Made by a program: the position numbers and the translations under genes. A DNA stretch of 64,000 nt from NCBI RefSeq assembly GCF_004010195.1, contig NC_057718.1:97405644-97469643 (forward strand). The letters are read 5' to 3'. This document shows positions 47,851 through 59,714 of the stretch, in pieces. The DNA comes from Chiloscyllium plagiosum. Its lineage: Eukaryota. Position 1 is the first letter of the stretch, and every line of letters begins with the position of its first letter. The notes below the pieces were generated by a model. The model did not search any database. It was not told where the DNA came from and saw only the letters and a program-made list of their open reading frames with translations.

Positions 47851-49291
47851 CTGGCCCATGGTTGTTGTGGAAGGGCTTCAGGACTCTGAAGCAGTCTTGT
47901 GGTGATGTCATGGAGCTGCTCCTCACTGGGCGTAAGTAACACAGGGTGGGCGGAGTTAAGAAAGAGCAGTGGAAAGAGAGAAACGTGGAACAGACCAATT
48001 AACATTAGGCGGTAGATATTTTTTGGAATTGTCTTTCATTGAATGGCTGTGAGATTATAGACTGGTATAAATCTGAATACCATGTGTTGCAGTATTTAGT
48101 CTCCATACTTAATGAACAGATTTACAAGAAGCGCATGCCAAAAGATTGCTCCTGACCTTACTCTCTGCTCAAGCAGTCTGTCTTGGATGTGGATATAAAA
48201 CCGTACAGTAAACAAATGGTAACTTCCCAAGAACATGAATTCTCCTGCACTCAAATAGTTAGCTCTTCAGAAGATGAGGGGAGAAAATTGGATGGAAAAT
48301 ACAGCCTAAAATTCATATAACTTTGATGGAAGACCATAATACCTCTCAAGAATAGCCTTTGATCTTGGCCAGACATGTGGGGAAGAGTGAGAGAGGAGTC
48401 GCATTTAAAGTTACCAGAAAAATGCATTGAGATAAAATGTAGTTTATTTTATTGTAAACAGTGAGACTGCTTGTTTATTATAATTGGAGAGAGACAAATG
48501 ACTGATTATACATTTGCTGAGTTGTTCGATCTTTAGAAAGGCTGTTAACCCAGAGAGCCAATAACCATCCTCCTGGCACTAAAATCAAAACAAACATGCT
48601 GGAAACACTCAGGAGGCCAGGCAGTATCTGAGAGAAAAGAGGGAATAAATGTTTGTCTGGATCATCCTTTCAAACTGATGAACAGCATGTATGAAGGAAC
48701 AGAACAAAGGGACAGAGGCACATATCCATACAAGCACATATCTGCAAAATACTTTTGTGGGAAGCGGGGAGAGTTCAACAGTTCAGGTTATGTTACCTTG
48801 ACTGATAACACAGGAAAGCACCTCAATTTCAGTTTAAACACACTTCGGTGGTTTGCTTTTAAGTATTGACTTTAATAGTTTTATAACTGCAATTTTCTCT
48901 TCAACAGGAAGCGTTGATGATGTGGGAAAGATGGCTACCTGTGGAAATTCTTTTGTGGGGTGGTGGGGAGTCAGGATGTAATGCCTGGGCAAGAACCATA
49001 TGTTGGGGGTGAAACCTACTTCTGCATCTCTCAGGAGACACTTTGCCACCGGACCCTGCTCAATTCCATCTTTGTTTTTGCCCTGCATTTCTACATGTCC
49101 CTGCATTCCCCCCCCCCCCACCATAATTATGTCAGCCATTCACACACCCTTCACTTTCTCCTATCATCTCATACAAATAACACTTATGCTACCCAACCAC
49201 TTAACCATCCCTGCTCTTCACTTAATACCCAAGGTGTTGGAGACTGAAGGGTCTACCCCAAATTCAATGGCAGCCTTCCTGAACACTCTTT

Positions 49292-49720
49292 GGGACGGTA
49301 CAGTGGCTCAGTGGTTAGAACTGCTGTCTCGCAGCACCAATGATCCAGGTTCGATTCCAGCCTCGGGTGACTGTGTGGAGTTTGCACATTCTCCCCGTGG
49401 TCTGCGTGGGTTTCCTCCCACAGTCCAAAGATGTCCAGGTTAGGTGGATTGGCCTTGCTAACTTGCCCCATAGTGTTCAGGGATGTGTAGGTTAGGTGCA
49501 TTAATCACGGGTGGGTTACTCTTCTGAGGCAGAAGTAGGTACTGGAGATTAGAGTCAAGATTAGAATGGTGCTGGAAAAGTACAGCACGTCAGGCAGCAT
49601 CCAAAGAGCAGGAAAATCGATGTTTCAGGCAAAAGCTTTACTCTTCTGAGAGTCAGTGTTGATTTGTTGGGCTGAAGGGCCTGTTTCCACACTCTAGGGA
49701 TTCCATGATTCCATTCTATG
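49292..49720 (+). mobile_element. HE1-type V-SINE containing a Penelope-like fragment (49529-49637, 13-bp TSD)
   Basis: ttactcttctgag at 49516-49528 and 49638-49650 flanks a minus-strand Penelope terminus. Confidence 0.88.
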
Positions 49721-49739
49721 ATTGATTCTCTCAGACCTG

Positions 49740-50090
49740 AAATATACAAGATTCTTAACTTGTAGATACAGAGAGGTTGTTTCCATTCATGAGAAGGTCC
49801 AGGACCAGTGGGCATCATCTCAAAGCAAGGTGGAGCCCACTTAAGACAGAGATGAGGAGGAATTTCTTCTCTCAAAGGGTAGTGAATCTGTGGAATTCTT
49901 CACTGCAGAGGGTTGATGAGGCTTGGGTCATCAAGTGTGTTTAAGGCTAAGATGGTCAGATATTAAATCAGTACAGGAACCAAGGGTTATGCGGGGAAAG
50001 GCAGAAAAGTGGAGTTGGAGATCGGCCATGATATATTTGAATGGTGGGGCAGGCTGAATGGCCTACTCTTGCTCCTATGTCTTATGGCCC
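49740..50090 (+). mobile_element. CR1 3' fragment
   Basis: aagacagagatgaggaggaatttcttctctcaaagggtagtgaatctgtggaattc...tggcctactcttgctcctatgtcttatgg. Confidence 0.85.
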
Positions 50091-50893
50091 AATGACAGCA
50101 TCCCTTCACCCTCATAACGTGGACTCTTTTCAAATCATGTAGCACCTCAATGACTCCCAGACAGAGAGAGTCTAGATAGACTGAATGATCTACTACCTCT
50201 TCTTCCATGTGTTATGGTCTTAATCTCCATTGCTGAGAGTAACTCTCAAATCCCACACTTGTTACAACATGACCTTGGATTCCGCCATCTTGTCCCCTGC
50301 ACCTCTAACACTCTTGTTTATGAACTTTAACAGATTGCTTCTCGCTCCAGCAACATTCTTTCTTCTTGCTGTTACCGATTTACTTTCTTCCCATTCTCAT
50401 TTTGTTTGCCACAGCCACTATTACCTCACATAAAGGTAAGCATCTAAGCTTCTTGATTACAGAGTGTTACTATTGTCATTGATCTCCCCGTGGCCCATGT
50501 GAAGAGATTATTGAGGAGCAAATGAAATCATATCAGTTAACTGGAACATAGTATATGTAGCACAGTCTGGCCATTTGGTCCATCAAGTCCGTGACAGCAT
50601 TCATGTATGATTTTAGCACCTCAGTGTCAGTTCTTCACTCCCATTTGCTTTATTTGTGCATTACAGAAATTCTTTGTTGTATTTGATACATAAAACAATG
50701 TGCCCTGGTCTCTATGTTAGTGGAGGTGGCTTATAGGTGCGATGCGTTCACGTTTGTGGGGCCAGTGTGGATTTTGAGTAGTTATTTGTCGGTGCAGGCT
50801 GGACTGTATGATTCTATGGTTCTGTCATCTTCTAAAGTTGGCCTGAGAGCTACTAACACTCGGAAAATACCCTCCCCTGTTTGTGTATTCCAG

Positions 50894-50973
50894 GAATGGA
50901 CTGATGCATTATTCAGCCTGGCAACTAACCTGTTAGCACAGAACAGATCAAGGGACACTCTGTTGCACAAAGT
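50894..50973 (+). CDS. PLCB1: Phospholipase C beta 1 coding exon (human exon 5 equivalent), PH C-terminal helix / linker
   Basis: Acceptor ctcccctgtttgtgtattccag, donor GT|gtaagt, 80 nt, phase 0-2. Translates [26 protein letters not shown](V), versus recalled human [26 protein letters not shown](A). Forms the tail of ORF 50714..50977. Confidence 0.95.
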
Positions 50974-51978
50974 GTAAGTTTTGATCACTGTCCTTTTTGT
51001 TCTATTGCTTATGTTTAACTGGTTTCAGTATTTCCTGAAACACTGACAACATCGCAACTGTAAACTTGCTGTAACTTTGTTCCGACAAGTGAATCAGTAC
51101 CGTGGGATTCAGAACTATCATCTCATGGACTGAATTCAGTATTGTAGAATTTGCCCTTGTGTGACAGCAAGAAGCATGTTGAAGGCCTGTACACTTCTGC
51201 TTTTCATTGACTTCAAGTTCGCCAATTTGCTGCCTTCCTTTCCTCAATTAGTGGCTGCTAGCTTCCTTTGACTGTGACTGCAATTAGGCTTTACCATCAG
51301 TACAATGAGGCCTAACTTGAATTGAATCATATACAAACCAAAAGAACACCGCATGTGCTGTAAATCAGAAACAAAAACAGAAATTGCTGGAAAAGCTCAG
51401 CAGGTCTGGCAGCATCCGTGGAGAGAAATCAGAGTTAGTGTTTCATGTCCATTGAGTTGAATTAGCTTTATTGTCACATGTACTCAAATGAGTGCAGTGA
51501 AAAGTTTACAAGTTACCACTTACAGCACCATACAATTACTGGAATACTTTGGAGGTCTGGCTAATTTGGACATTTGAAAGACAAGGCATTTTCCCCAGGG
51601 TGGGGGAGTCCAAAACTGGAGGACATAGGTTTAAGGTGAGAGGGGAAAGATTTAAAAGGGACTAGTGAGATTCCACAGGGTTCAGCTCTCAGGCCCTAAC
51701 TATTTACAATCCCTATTCATTATTTCTATGTTGGTAAGGTATGATATTCAGTCCCTTGCGCAGGAAAACCTAGAATCAGGGGATGTAGAGTCAGTATGGA
51801 TAGACCTGAGAAATTCTAAGGGTAAAAAGACCCTCATGGGAGTTATCTAGGCCCCCAAACAGTAGTCTGGATATAGGGTGTAAGTTGAATAAGGAGCTGA
51901 AATTGGCCTGTCGCAAAGATATTACTACAGTTGTTATGGGGGATTTCAACATGCAGGTAGACTGGGAGAATCAGGATG

Positions 51979-52899
51979 NNNNNNNNNNNNNNNNNNNNNN
52001 NNNNNNNNNNNNNNNNNNNNNNNNNNNNNNNNNNNNNNNNNNNNNNNNNNNNNNNNNNNNNNNNNNNNNNNNNNNNNNNNNNNNNNNNNNNNNNNNNNNN
52101 NNNNNNNNNNNNNNNNNNNNNNNNNNNNNNNNNNNNNNNNNNNNNNNNNNNNNNNNNNNNNNNNNNNNNNNNNNNNNNNNNNNNNNNNNNNNNNNNNNNN
52201 NNNNNNNNNNNNNNNNNNNNNNNNNNNNNNNNNNNNNNNNNNNNNNNNNNNNNNNNNNNNNNNNNNNNNNNNNNNNNNNNNNNNNNNNNNNNNNNNNNNN
52301 NNNNNNNNNNNNNNNNNNNNNNNNNNNNNNNNNNNNNNNNNNNNNNNNNNNNNNNNNNNNNNNNNNNNNNNNNNNNNNNNNNNNNNNNNNNNNNNNNNNN
52401 NNNNNNNNNNNNNNNNNNNNNNNNNNNNNNNNNNNNNNNNNNNNNNNNNNNNNNNNNNNNNNNNNNNNNNNNNNNNNNNNNNNNNNNNNNNNNNNNNNNN
52501 NNNNNNNNNNNNNNNNNNNNNNNNNNNNNNNNNNNNNNNNNNNNNNNNNNNNNNNNNNNNNNNNNNNNNNNNNNNNNNNNNNNNNNNNNNNNNNNNNNNN
52601 NNNNNNNNNNNNNNNNNNNNNNNNNNNNNNNNNNNNNNNNNNNNNNNNNNNNNNNNNNNNNNNNNNNNNNNNNNNNNNNNNNNNNNNNNNNNNNNNNNNN
52701 NNNNNNNNNNNNNNNNNNNNNNNNNNNNNNNNNNNNNNNNNNNNNNNNNNNNNNNNNNNNNNNNNNNNNNNNNNNNNNNNNNNNNNNNNNNNNNNNNNNN
52801 NNNNNNNNNNNNNNNNNNNNNNNNNNNNNNNNNNNNNNNNNNNNNNNNNNNNNNNNNNNNNNNNNNNNNNNNNNNNNNNNNNNNNNNNNNNNNNNNNNN
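51979..52899. other. Assembly gap (N run)
   Basis: Run of n inside CR1 ORF2. Confidence 1.
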
Positions 52900-53682
52900 T
52901 AATCTTCTGGAATTTTTTGAGGATGTAACTCTGAAGATGGACAAGGGAGATCCAGTGGATGTAGTGTACCTGGACTTTCAGAAAGCTTTTGATAAAGTCC
53001 CACATAGGAGATTAGTGAGCAAAATTAGGGCGCATGGTATTGGGGGAAAAATACTGACTTGGAAAGAAAGTTTGTTGGCTGATAGGAAACAAAGAGTAGT
53101 GATAAACAGCTCCATTTCGGAATGGCAGGCAGTGACCAGTGGGGTACCGCAGGGATCAGTGCTGGGACCGCAGCTTTTTACAATGTACATTAATGATATA
53201 GAAGATGGTATTAAAAGTAGTATTAGCAAATTTGCTGATGATACAATGCTGGGTGGCAGGGTGAAATGTGAGGAAGATATTAGGAGATTACAGGGTGACC
53301 TGGACAGGCTAGGTGAGCGGACAGATGCATGGCAGATGCAGTTTAATGTGGATAAATGTATGGTTATCCACTTTGGTGGCAAGAACAGGAAGGCAGCTTG
53401 CTACCTAAATGGAGTCAAATTAGGTAAAGGGGCAGTACAACGAGATCTAGGTGTTCTTGTACATCAGTCAATGAAAGCAAGCATGCAGGTACAGCAGGCA
53501 GTGAAGAAAGCTAATAGCGTGCTGGCCTTCATAACAAGAGCAATTGGGTGTAGAAGCAAAGAGGTTCTTCTGCAGTTGTATAGGGCCCTGGTGAGACCGC
53601 ACCTGGAATATTTTGTGCAGTTTTGGTCTCCAAATTTGAGGAAAGACATTCTGGCTATTGAGGGAGTGTAGCGTAGGTTCAC

Positions 53683-53867
53683 GTCCAACAGGATTAATTA
53701 GAAGCACACTAGCTTTCGGACCGATGCTCCTTCATCAGGTGACAGTCGATAGGAGCGTCGCTCCGAAAGCTAGTGTGCTTCCAATTAAACCTGTTGGACT
53801 ATTACCTGGTGTTGTGTGATTTTTAACTTTGTACACCCCAGTCCAACACCGGCATCTCCAAATCATG
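53683..53867. mobile_element. Fold-back Penelope-like insertion (GGAGC/GCTCC family) inside CR1
   Basis: Inverted arms 53683-53731 and 53751-53799. Hammerhead core on the - strand at 53707-53741: cac-CUGAUGA-A-GGAGC-auc-GGUCC-GAAA-GC-UA-gug. Confidence 0.8.
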
Positions 53868-54240
53868 AGTTTAGAAGGCTGAGAGGGGATCTGATTGAGA
53901 TATATCAGATTATGAAAGGATTGGACACTCTGGAGGCAGGAAGCATGTTTCCGCTGACGGGTGAGTCCCGAACCAGAGGGCACAGTTTAAAAATAAAGGA
54001 TAGGCCATTTAGAACAGAGATGAGGAGAAACTTCTTCACCCAGAGAGTGGTGGCTGTATGGAATGCTCTGCCCCAGAGGGCTCTGGAGGCCAAGTCTCTC
54101 GATACTTTCAAGAAAGAGTTGGATAGAGCTCTTAAGGATAGTGGAATCAAGGATTATGGGGATAAGGCAGGAACAGGATACTGATTGAGGATGATCAGCC
54201 ATGATCATATTGAATGGTGGTGCAGGCTCGAAGGGCAGAT

Positions 54241-55455
54241 TGGATTCGGGGGAAGAATGTGCTATCACCAAATTTGCAGATGGCACTAAAGTAAGTGGGA
54301 AAGTGAGTTAGATTAGATTAGTGGAAACAGGCCCTTCGACCCAACAAGTCCACACCACCCCGCCGAAGCGCAACCCGCCCAAACCCCTACATTTACCCCT
54401 TACCTAACACTACGGGCAATTTAGCATGGCCAATTCACCTGACCTGCACATCTTTGGACTGTGGGAGGAAACCGGAGCACCCGGAGGAAACCCACGCAGA
54501 CACTGAGAGAACGTGCAAACTCCACACAGTCAGTCGCCTGAGGCGGGAATTGAACCCGGGTCTCTGGCGCTGTGAGGCAGCAGTGCTAACCACTGGGCCA
54601 CCGTGCCGCCCACTAATGTTGCAATAAAGAAATAAGAAATTTAAAAATGGATATGGATCATTAGGTGAAAGAGCCAAAGTTTGGCAGATGAAATTAACAT
54701 GGATAGGTGTGGGGTTGTCTATTTTTGTCAGAGGAATAGAAAGGCGACTTATTATCTAAATGGAGAGAAACTTCAGAGTGCTTCAGTGCAGAGGGATCTG
54801 GGTATCCTTGTGCATGAAAAGTAGAAAGTTAGTATGCAAGGCAAATGGAACTTTGATACTTATCGCTAAAGGAATGGTGTGTAAAAGTAGGTAAGTGTTA
54901 CTTCAACTGTACAACGCATTAGTGAGACTGCACCTGGAGTATTGTGTACAACTTTGGTCCCCTTACTTGAGGAGGCATTGGAGGCAATTCAGAGGAGATA
55001 CTTTAGATTGTTTCGAGAGTTGAGGGATTTGTCTCATGAAGAGGGATTGAGCAGTTTAGGCCCATGTGCTCTGGAGTGTAGCAGAGTCGGAGGAGATCTG
55101 ATTGAGGTATGTAAGATGCTAAAGGGAATTGACAATGTCAGTGTAGGGAGGATGTTTCCTTGTGGGGAAATCTAGAACAAGAGGGCATAGTTTTAGGATA
55201 AATAGAGAGGAGGAGAATTTAAAGGGTCAAAGGCCTGCGAATCTGTGGAATTCATCATCCTCGAGTGTAGTGTATGCTGGGGCATTGAGTAAGTTTAAGG
55301 AGGAGATAGATTTTTAATTAGTACTCAGTTGAAGGGTTATGGGGAGCGGGTAGGCAAATGGAGTTGAGGTCAAGATGAGATCAGCCATGATGGTATTAAA
55401 TGGAGCAGGCTCGAGGGGCTGAATAACTCCTGTCTTCACTAGTTCTTGCATTCTT
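54241..55455 (+). mobile_element. Older CR1 3' portion with a young HE1-type SINE inserted at about 54308-54613 (-)
   Basis: aaatttgcagatggcactaaa (KFADGTK), cacctggagtattgtgtaca (HLEYCV), ggagatctgattgag (GDLIE). The SINE has an (attag)n tail and intact V-domain. Confidence 0.88.
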
Positions 55456-57344
55456 AAACTGTAGTTTGATCAGACTGGCAGACAGGAAGGTTAGGCTTGA
55501 CAAAGACAACCTTATTAAGAGACTCACTGTAAATTTATAATGACTATAGAATAATAAGGAGCAATTTACAGAACTTCTGAATGAATCCTTGATTCCAAAT
55601 CACTGCCAAACAAATGCAGGTAAAGGTAAGCAAAATCAATATGCTTGCGTTACAGTCATGTTAAGATCATAGTTTATGACTCAAAGTATTTCTGATGGCT
55701 CTGGATAAGAGTAGACAGGGCAGCCAGGAACAATGTCTGACTTTTCAAGACGAGGATATTTGAATCAGTGCAATCCTTCATAAAGTTTTCCCTTTAGGAA
55801 GAAGAAACAGATTCTGCCACTTGGCTGGGAAGTTGGATATCGTAAGCGCAAAACCTACAAGGAGGCAGGATCAGTGTTGTCTAACACAGACTAAACCTCC
55901 CCAAAACTTGGGGCTGCTGGATTCCTGTAAATTTACCTGCTTCTGCCTTTCTTCTCATCCGACTTGCAAAGTAATGATCTTAACTGCATCGCACATCAGG
56001 GGACATTGTAAAACCTGACCCGTAACTAAATAACAAACCCTTTGATTGGAGTGAGAAAATTGATATGTCAGTCTGTGTTGTCGAATCAAGCAGTACAGAA
56101 GAGGCCTATCAAGTCTGTACTGCCAAAAACACACCAAATTTACAGGAGTCCCACTTTCCAGCACCTATTAAGAGAATTCAAGTGCTCATTCTCGCATTTT
56201 CTCAAGGTTGCAAGGTTACCCGCCTCCCAGACAGTGCATTCCAAACCCCTACCAGTCTCTGGGTGAAAAGACTTTGTCTCAAGTCCCTTCTAAACCCTGT
56301 ATTCCCCTCTGCCTTGCCTTATGTAGTGTTGTCACACATATTAGGTTTGCAAGGTGACGTTAAAAACAATTGCCCCTACTCTGTACAGTCTGGACGAGCT
56401 TTTGCCAGCCTGCATTTGTTGAACCTTTCCCAGCGATACCTACGACAGCTGCACTACAGGAGTCACCGTGGAGCAATAGTTTAGAACACTGATTGATATT
56501 GCAATCCCATCAGAGGTTCTAGATGCTGATTAATAAATTGAGTCTTGCCAAGGCACAAGGCAATTGACATTGACAGGTATAATTAGCCCTGTTTATAGAC
56601 TGCTGTGAAAATATTTGATTCGAATTTGAAAGAAAAATAAGTGGAATGAAAATATTGTGAGATATGTGTCACTCAAGCTCTTAGTGTGTGTGGGACTCCT
56701 GTGGTGGGAACAACGATGATAAATTCAGCACTTACATTGTATTTTTGTTAGCGCACTTCATATTTGGCAACACTGCATTTGCAAATGCATTCAATTCCGA
56801 ATCGAACCAGCTATGCCCTTAATAAATCTCCGACCTCGACCATATTTTTTCTGAAATAAACTCCTATTAATTTTTCAGGCCAATTGCCAATTTGCTGTCC
56901 TCTAAATGGCTCGAATGCTCCAGTCACCTCTGGATCACTATCATAACTGGTTACCTACTTCCTCCATAGTATCACATTAAATGAAATTCCTACTGTTGTT
57001 TAGTCCCATTCAACCCACAGTTAGCTTCTGCTTGATGAGACTGCTGAAGTGTACCAGCCAACAATTCTTTACTGGCATAACCTGCTCTTGATTTCCTATG
57101 TGCCTCATTTTTAATCTGAAAGGGACCTTGGGGACATCATTCAGCGTCACCAAACAATGGAAGGCGCATTGGGTTCCACACTCGATCATGGAAATGCTGC
57201 ACTAATTATACATGAACTTCCACATACGTTGCATGAGAGATGCAAACGCAAGATGCTGAATGCATCCAAAGCACGTGTGGGATAGGAATTACAGAGCTCA
57301 CCATTTGGTAGCACAGAGTTGAGCACAGCTGAAGAAGTCACAGT

Positions 57345-57380
57345 TTGTCAAAGCTTTTTGTCTTGAACTCGTCAGGACAA
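57345..57380 (-). ncRNA. Decayed minimal hammerhead motif in a fold-back repeat (57340-57490)
   Basis: uuguc-CUGACGA-GU-ucaag-AC-aAAA-AGCUUu-gacaa: 5-bp helix I, palindromic AAGCUU; the GAAA core G is mutated to A. Confidence 0.45.
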
Positions 57381-57544
57381 TTTGCAACAATATCAATTCA
57401 AGGAGAAACGTAACATTTATACTGCATGACAGGAGAGTGTTTTAGTGTCGGGTTTCCCTTGAATTGGTATTGTTGCAAATTGCTTCATTGAAAAGATTTA
57501 GCAGGGTGTTGCTTGAAATGGAGGGTTTGTGATCTAGAAATAGC

Positions 57545-57950
57545 CTGAAAAAACTGGGACTTTCTTCACTGGAACACATGAGATTGAGGGTCACCTTTTT
57601 GAGGCTTATAAAATGATGATGGGCGTAGATAAACTGAATGACTAGGACTTTTTCCTGAGGGTGGGGAATTCAAAACGAGGGGGCTTATTTTTAAGGTGAG
57701 TGGAGAGAGAGTTAAAAAGGACATGAGGGACAATGTTTTTACACAGAGTGTGGTTTGTGTGTGGAATGAACTGCCAGAGAAAGTGATGGATGCAGGTACG
57801 GTTAAAAAACACTTGGGTAAGTTCATGAATAGGAAAGGTTTGGAGCGATATGGGCCAAGCGCACGCAGGTGGGACAAATCTAGTTTGGGATTATGTTTGA
57901 TGCGGACTGGTTGGACCGAAGGGTCTGGTTTCCCTGCTGTCGGATTCTAT
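57545..57950 (+). mobile_element. CR1 3' fragment
   Basis: ORF 57696..58031 FTQSVVCVWNELPEKV and HER1-type 3' UTR. Confidence 0.88.
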
Positions 57951-58614
57951 AAGTGCGGAATGACAAGCTTTGACAAATGTATTATTAAATGTGTCTTTAT
58001 TTCAGCAACTCTCAAATTGAGGAGTTATTAGGCATGTGATAATATGCTGAAAATGTGTCACTCTTTCAATGTTAAAGGCAGATGTTGATTGTATATTAGC
58101 TTAGAATGTGTAGTCAGTGCTTCTATTCATTTTGGGTATCTTAATCTGATGCAGAAATGCTCATGTATTCCCTGATAATGTAAGAATCTAGGATGTGGGT
58201 AATGTGGTATTGAACAATCCAGCAGCCTTTCCTTACAGCTCCTTAATATATGCAAATATTATATTCTCAAATATCTGGGGCAACATTCAGCCATTCACTT
58301 AGAAAGAAGAGAACGCTTTCATCAGCATGTCATGCTTCAAGAGGCCCAAGTAAGGATGGAGTCTGAGGCTTGTATACCCTCAGGTCACATGCTGTGATGT
58401 AGTGGTAATATCATCAACATGTCTTGGAAAGGGATAGTGACATGTTGGTCATGTGACCATAGCACAACGGAGCAGTTCTTACCATTTGCCTCACTTCAAG
58501 CTATCGACAAAAAGGAAATGCTGTTTTTTGAGTGCCAAATTACTCTAATATCCAATACCCAACGAGTATGGTGCCCCTACAGGGTGTCTGTGAGCAATTA
58601 CAACAATCTTCAGT

Positions 58615-58780
58615 CAAAGTCGGAAGTCACACAACACCAGGTTATAGTCCAACAGGTTTATTTAAAATCACGAGCTTTCGGAGCGCCGCTCCTTCATCAG
58701 GGGAAGTGGAGGGAGGTGCACAGGCACAGACTATGTGGAATATTTTCAATTCCAGTCCAACACCGGCATCTCCACATCAA
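58615..58780 (-). mobile_element. Penelope-like terminal fragment with hammerhead core at 58669-58703
   Basis: Minus strand CUGAUGA-A-GGAGC-ggc-GCUCC-GAAA-GC-UC with a perfect 5-bp helix II. Confidence 0.7.
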
Positions 58781-59714
58781 TCCTTAGTCAGCCAGATTGA
58801 AGAATCTTCACGGAGCCACACCGAGTTTAAAGCAGGAACTCGAAGTTCAGACTGAGACCATGGACTGAAAGCAAAGTAAAAATGAGAAAAATCAAAAGAG
58901 AAATATAAAAGCAACAGAGAGAAAAAGTACAAAAAATATTTTTTTAAACAGAAAATCACAAATACACTTTGAACAGTGAAAGAATAAAGGGTTATGGTGA
59001 GAAGGCGGGTAAGTGGACCTGAGTCCATGAAAAGATCAGCCATGATCTTATTGAATGGGAGGAGCAGGCTCAATGGGCCAGATGGCCTACTCCTAGTTCT
59101 TATATTTTTATATAAATATATAAACCTTTCATTGTTCCTTGCTGTCTCAAGGAAGTCATTTCAGATTCCAGTTTTGCGATGAGCTTTTGTTGTGAAAGTT
59201 CCTATCCTTGCTACTCTCCTGCGGCAGCTAATGGAAAGGCCATTGTGTTCAGGTTTATCCAAGTGGGGAAGAGGAGCTCCAATTGCTCCAAATTTTCCCA
59301 GTTCAGTCACCCTGTGATCACAATGCACCACATTGTGAAAATGTATATTGGGTTGATCTCAATTAGCAGATTATTGAGGTTGGTGCAATCCTGGAAAGTG
59401 CTTGGGGAGTAAGGTCACCTTTCTGTGAAAGTGGGAAATCAGCTGATTCTGTTTTTCACCTTAAGGATCTTGGGTGCTGTTTCTGTTCTGAGTGGTGCTG
59501 TGAGATAATGGGGCTTATCACAGGGCTGTCGAGAGGTTTGCTGAAGTGTATATTGCTGCAGTATACATTATGCTGTAGAAATTTAAATTAGCATCTCATG
59601 AAACCATTTATAGTAGAATTGATTGTTGTAAAAATGACAGTGGCAATGCTGAGGCGTTTTGAATATTAATGATTTCTCTGTGATATTAATAGAAGTAACT
59701 GAAGAAATACAGAA

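Larger units (their letters stand above)
51735..54240 (+). mobile_element. Long CR1 LINE (endonuclease, gap, RT, 3' UTR)
   Basis: VESVWIDLRNSKGKKTLMGV and VVMGDFN (APE endonuclease). ORF 52937..53671 VDVVYLDFQKAFDKVPH...GVPQGSVLGP...KFADD (RT). Confidence 0.95.

Noticed and set aside
52937..53671. 244-aa reverse transcriptase ORF as an intact or domesticated gene
   Set aside because: Ordinary CR1 ORF2 fragment bounded by stop codons, next to a gap and followed by a Penelope-type insertion.
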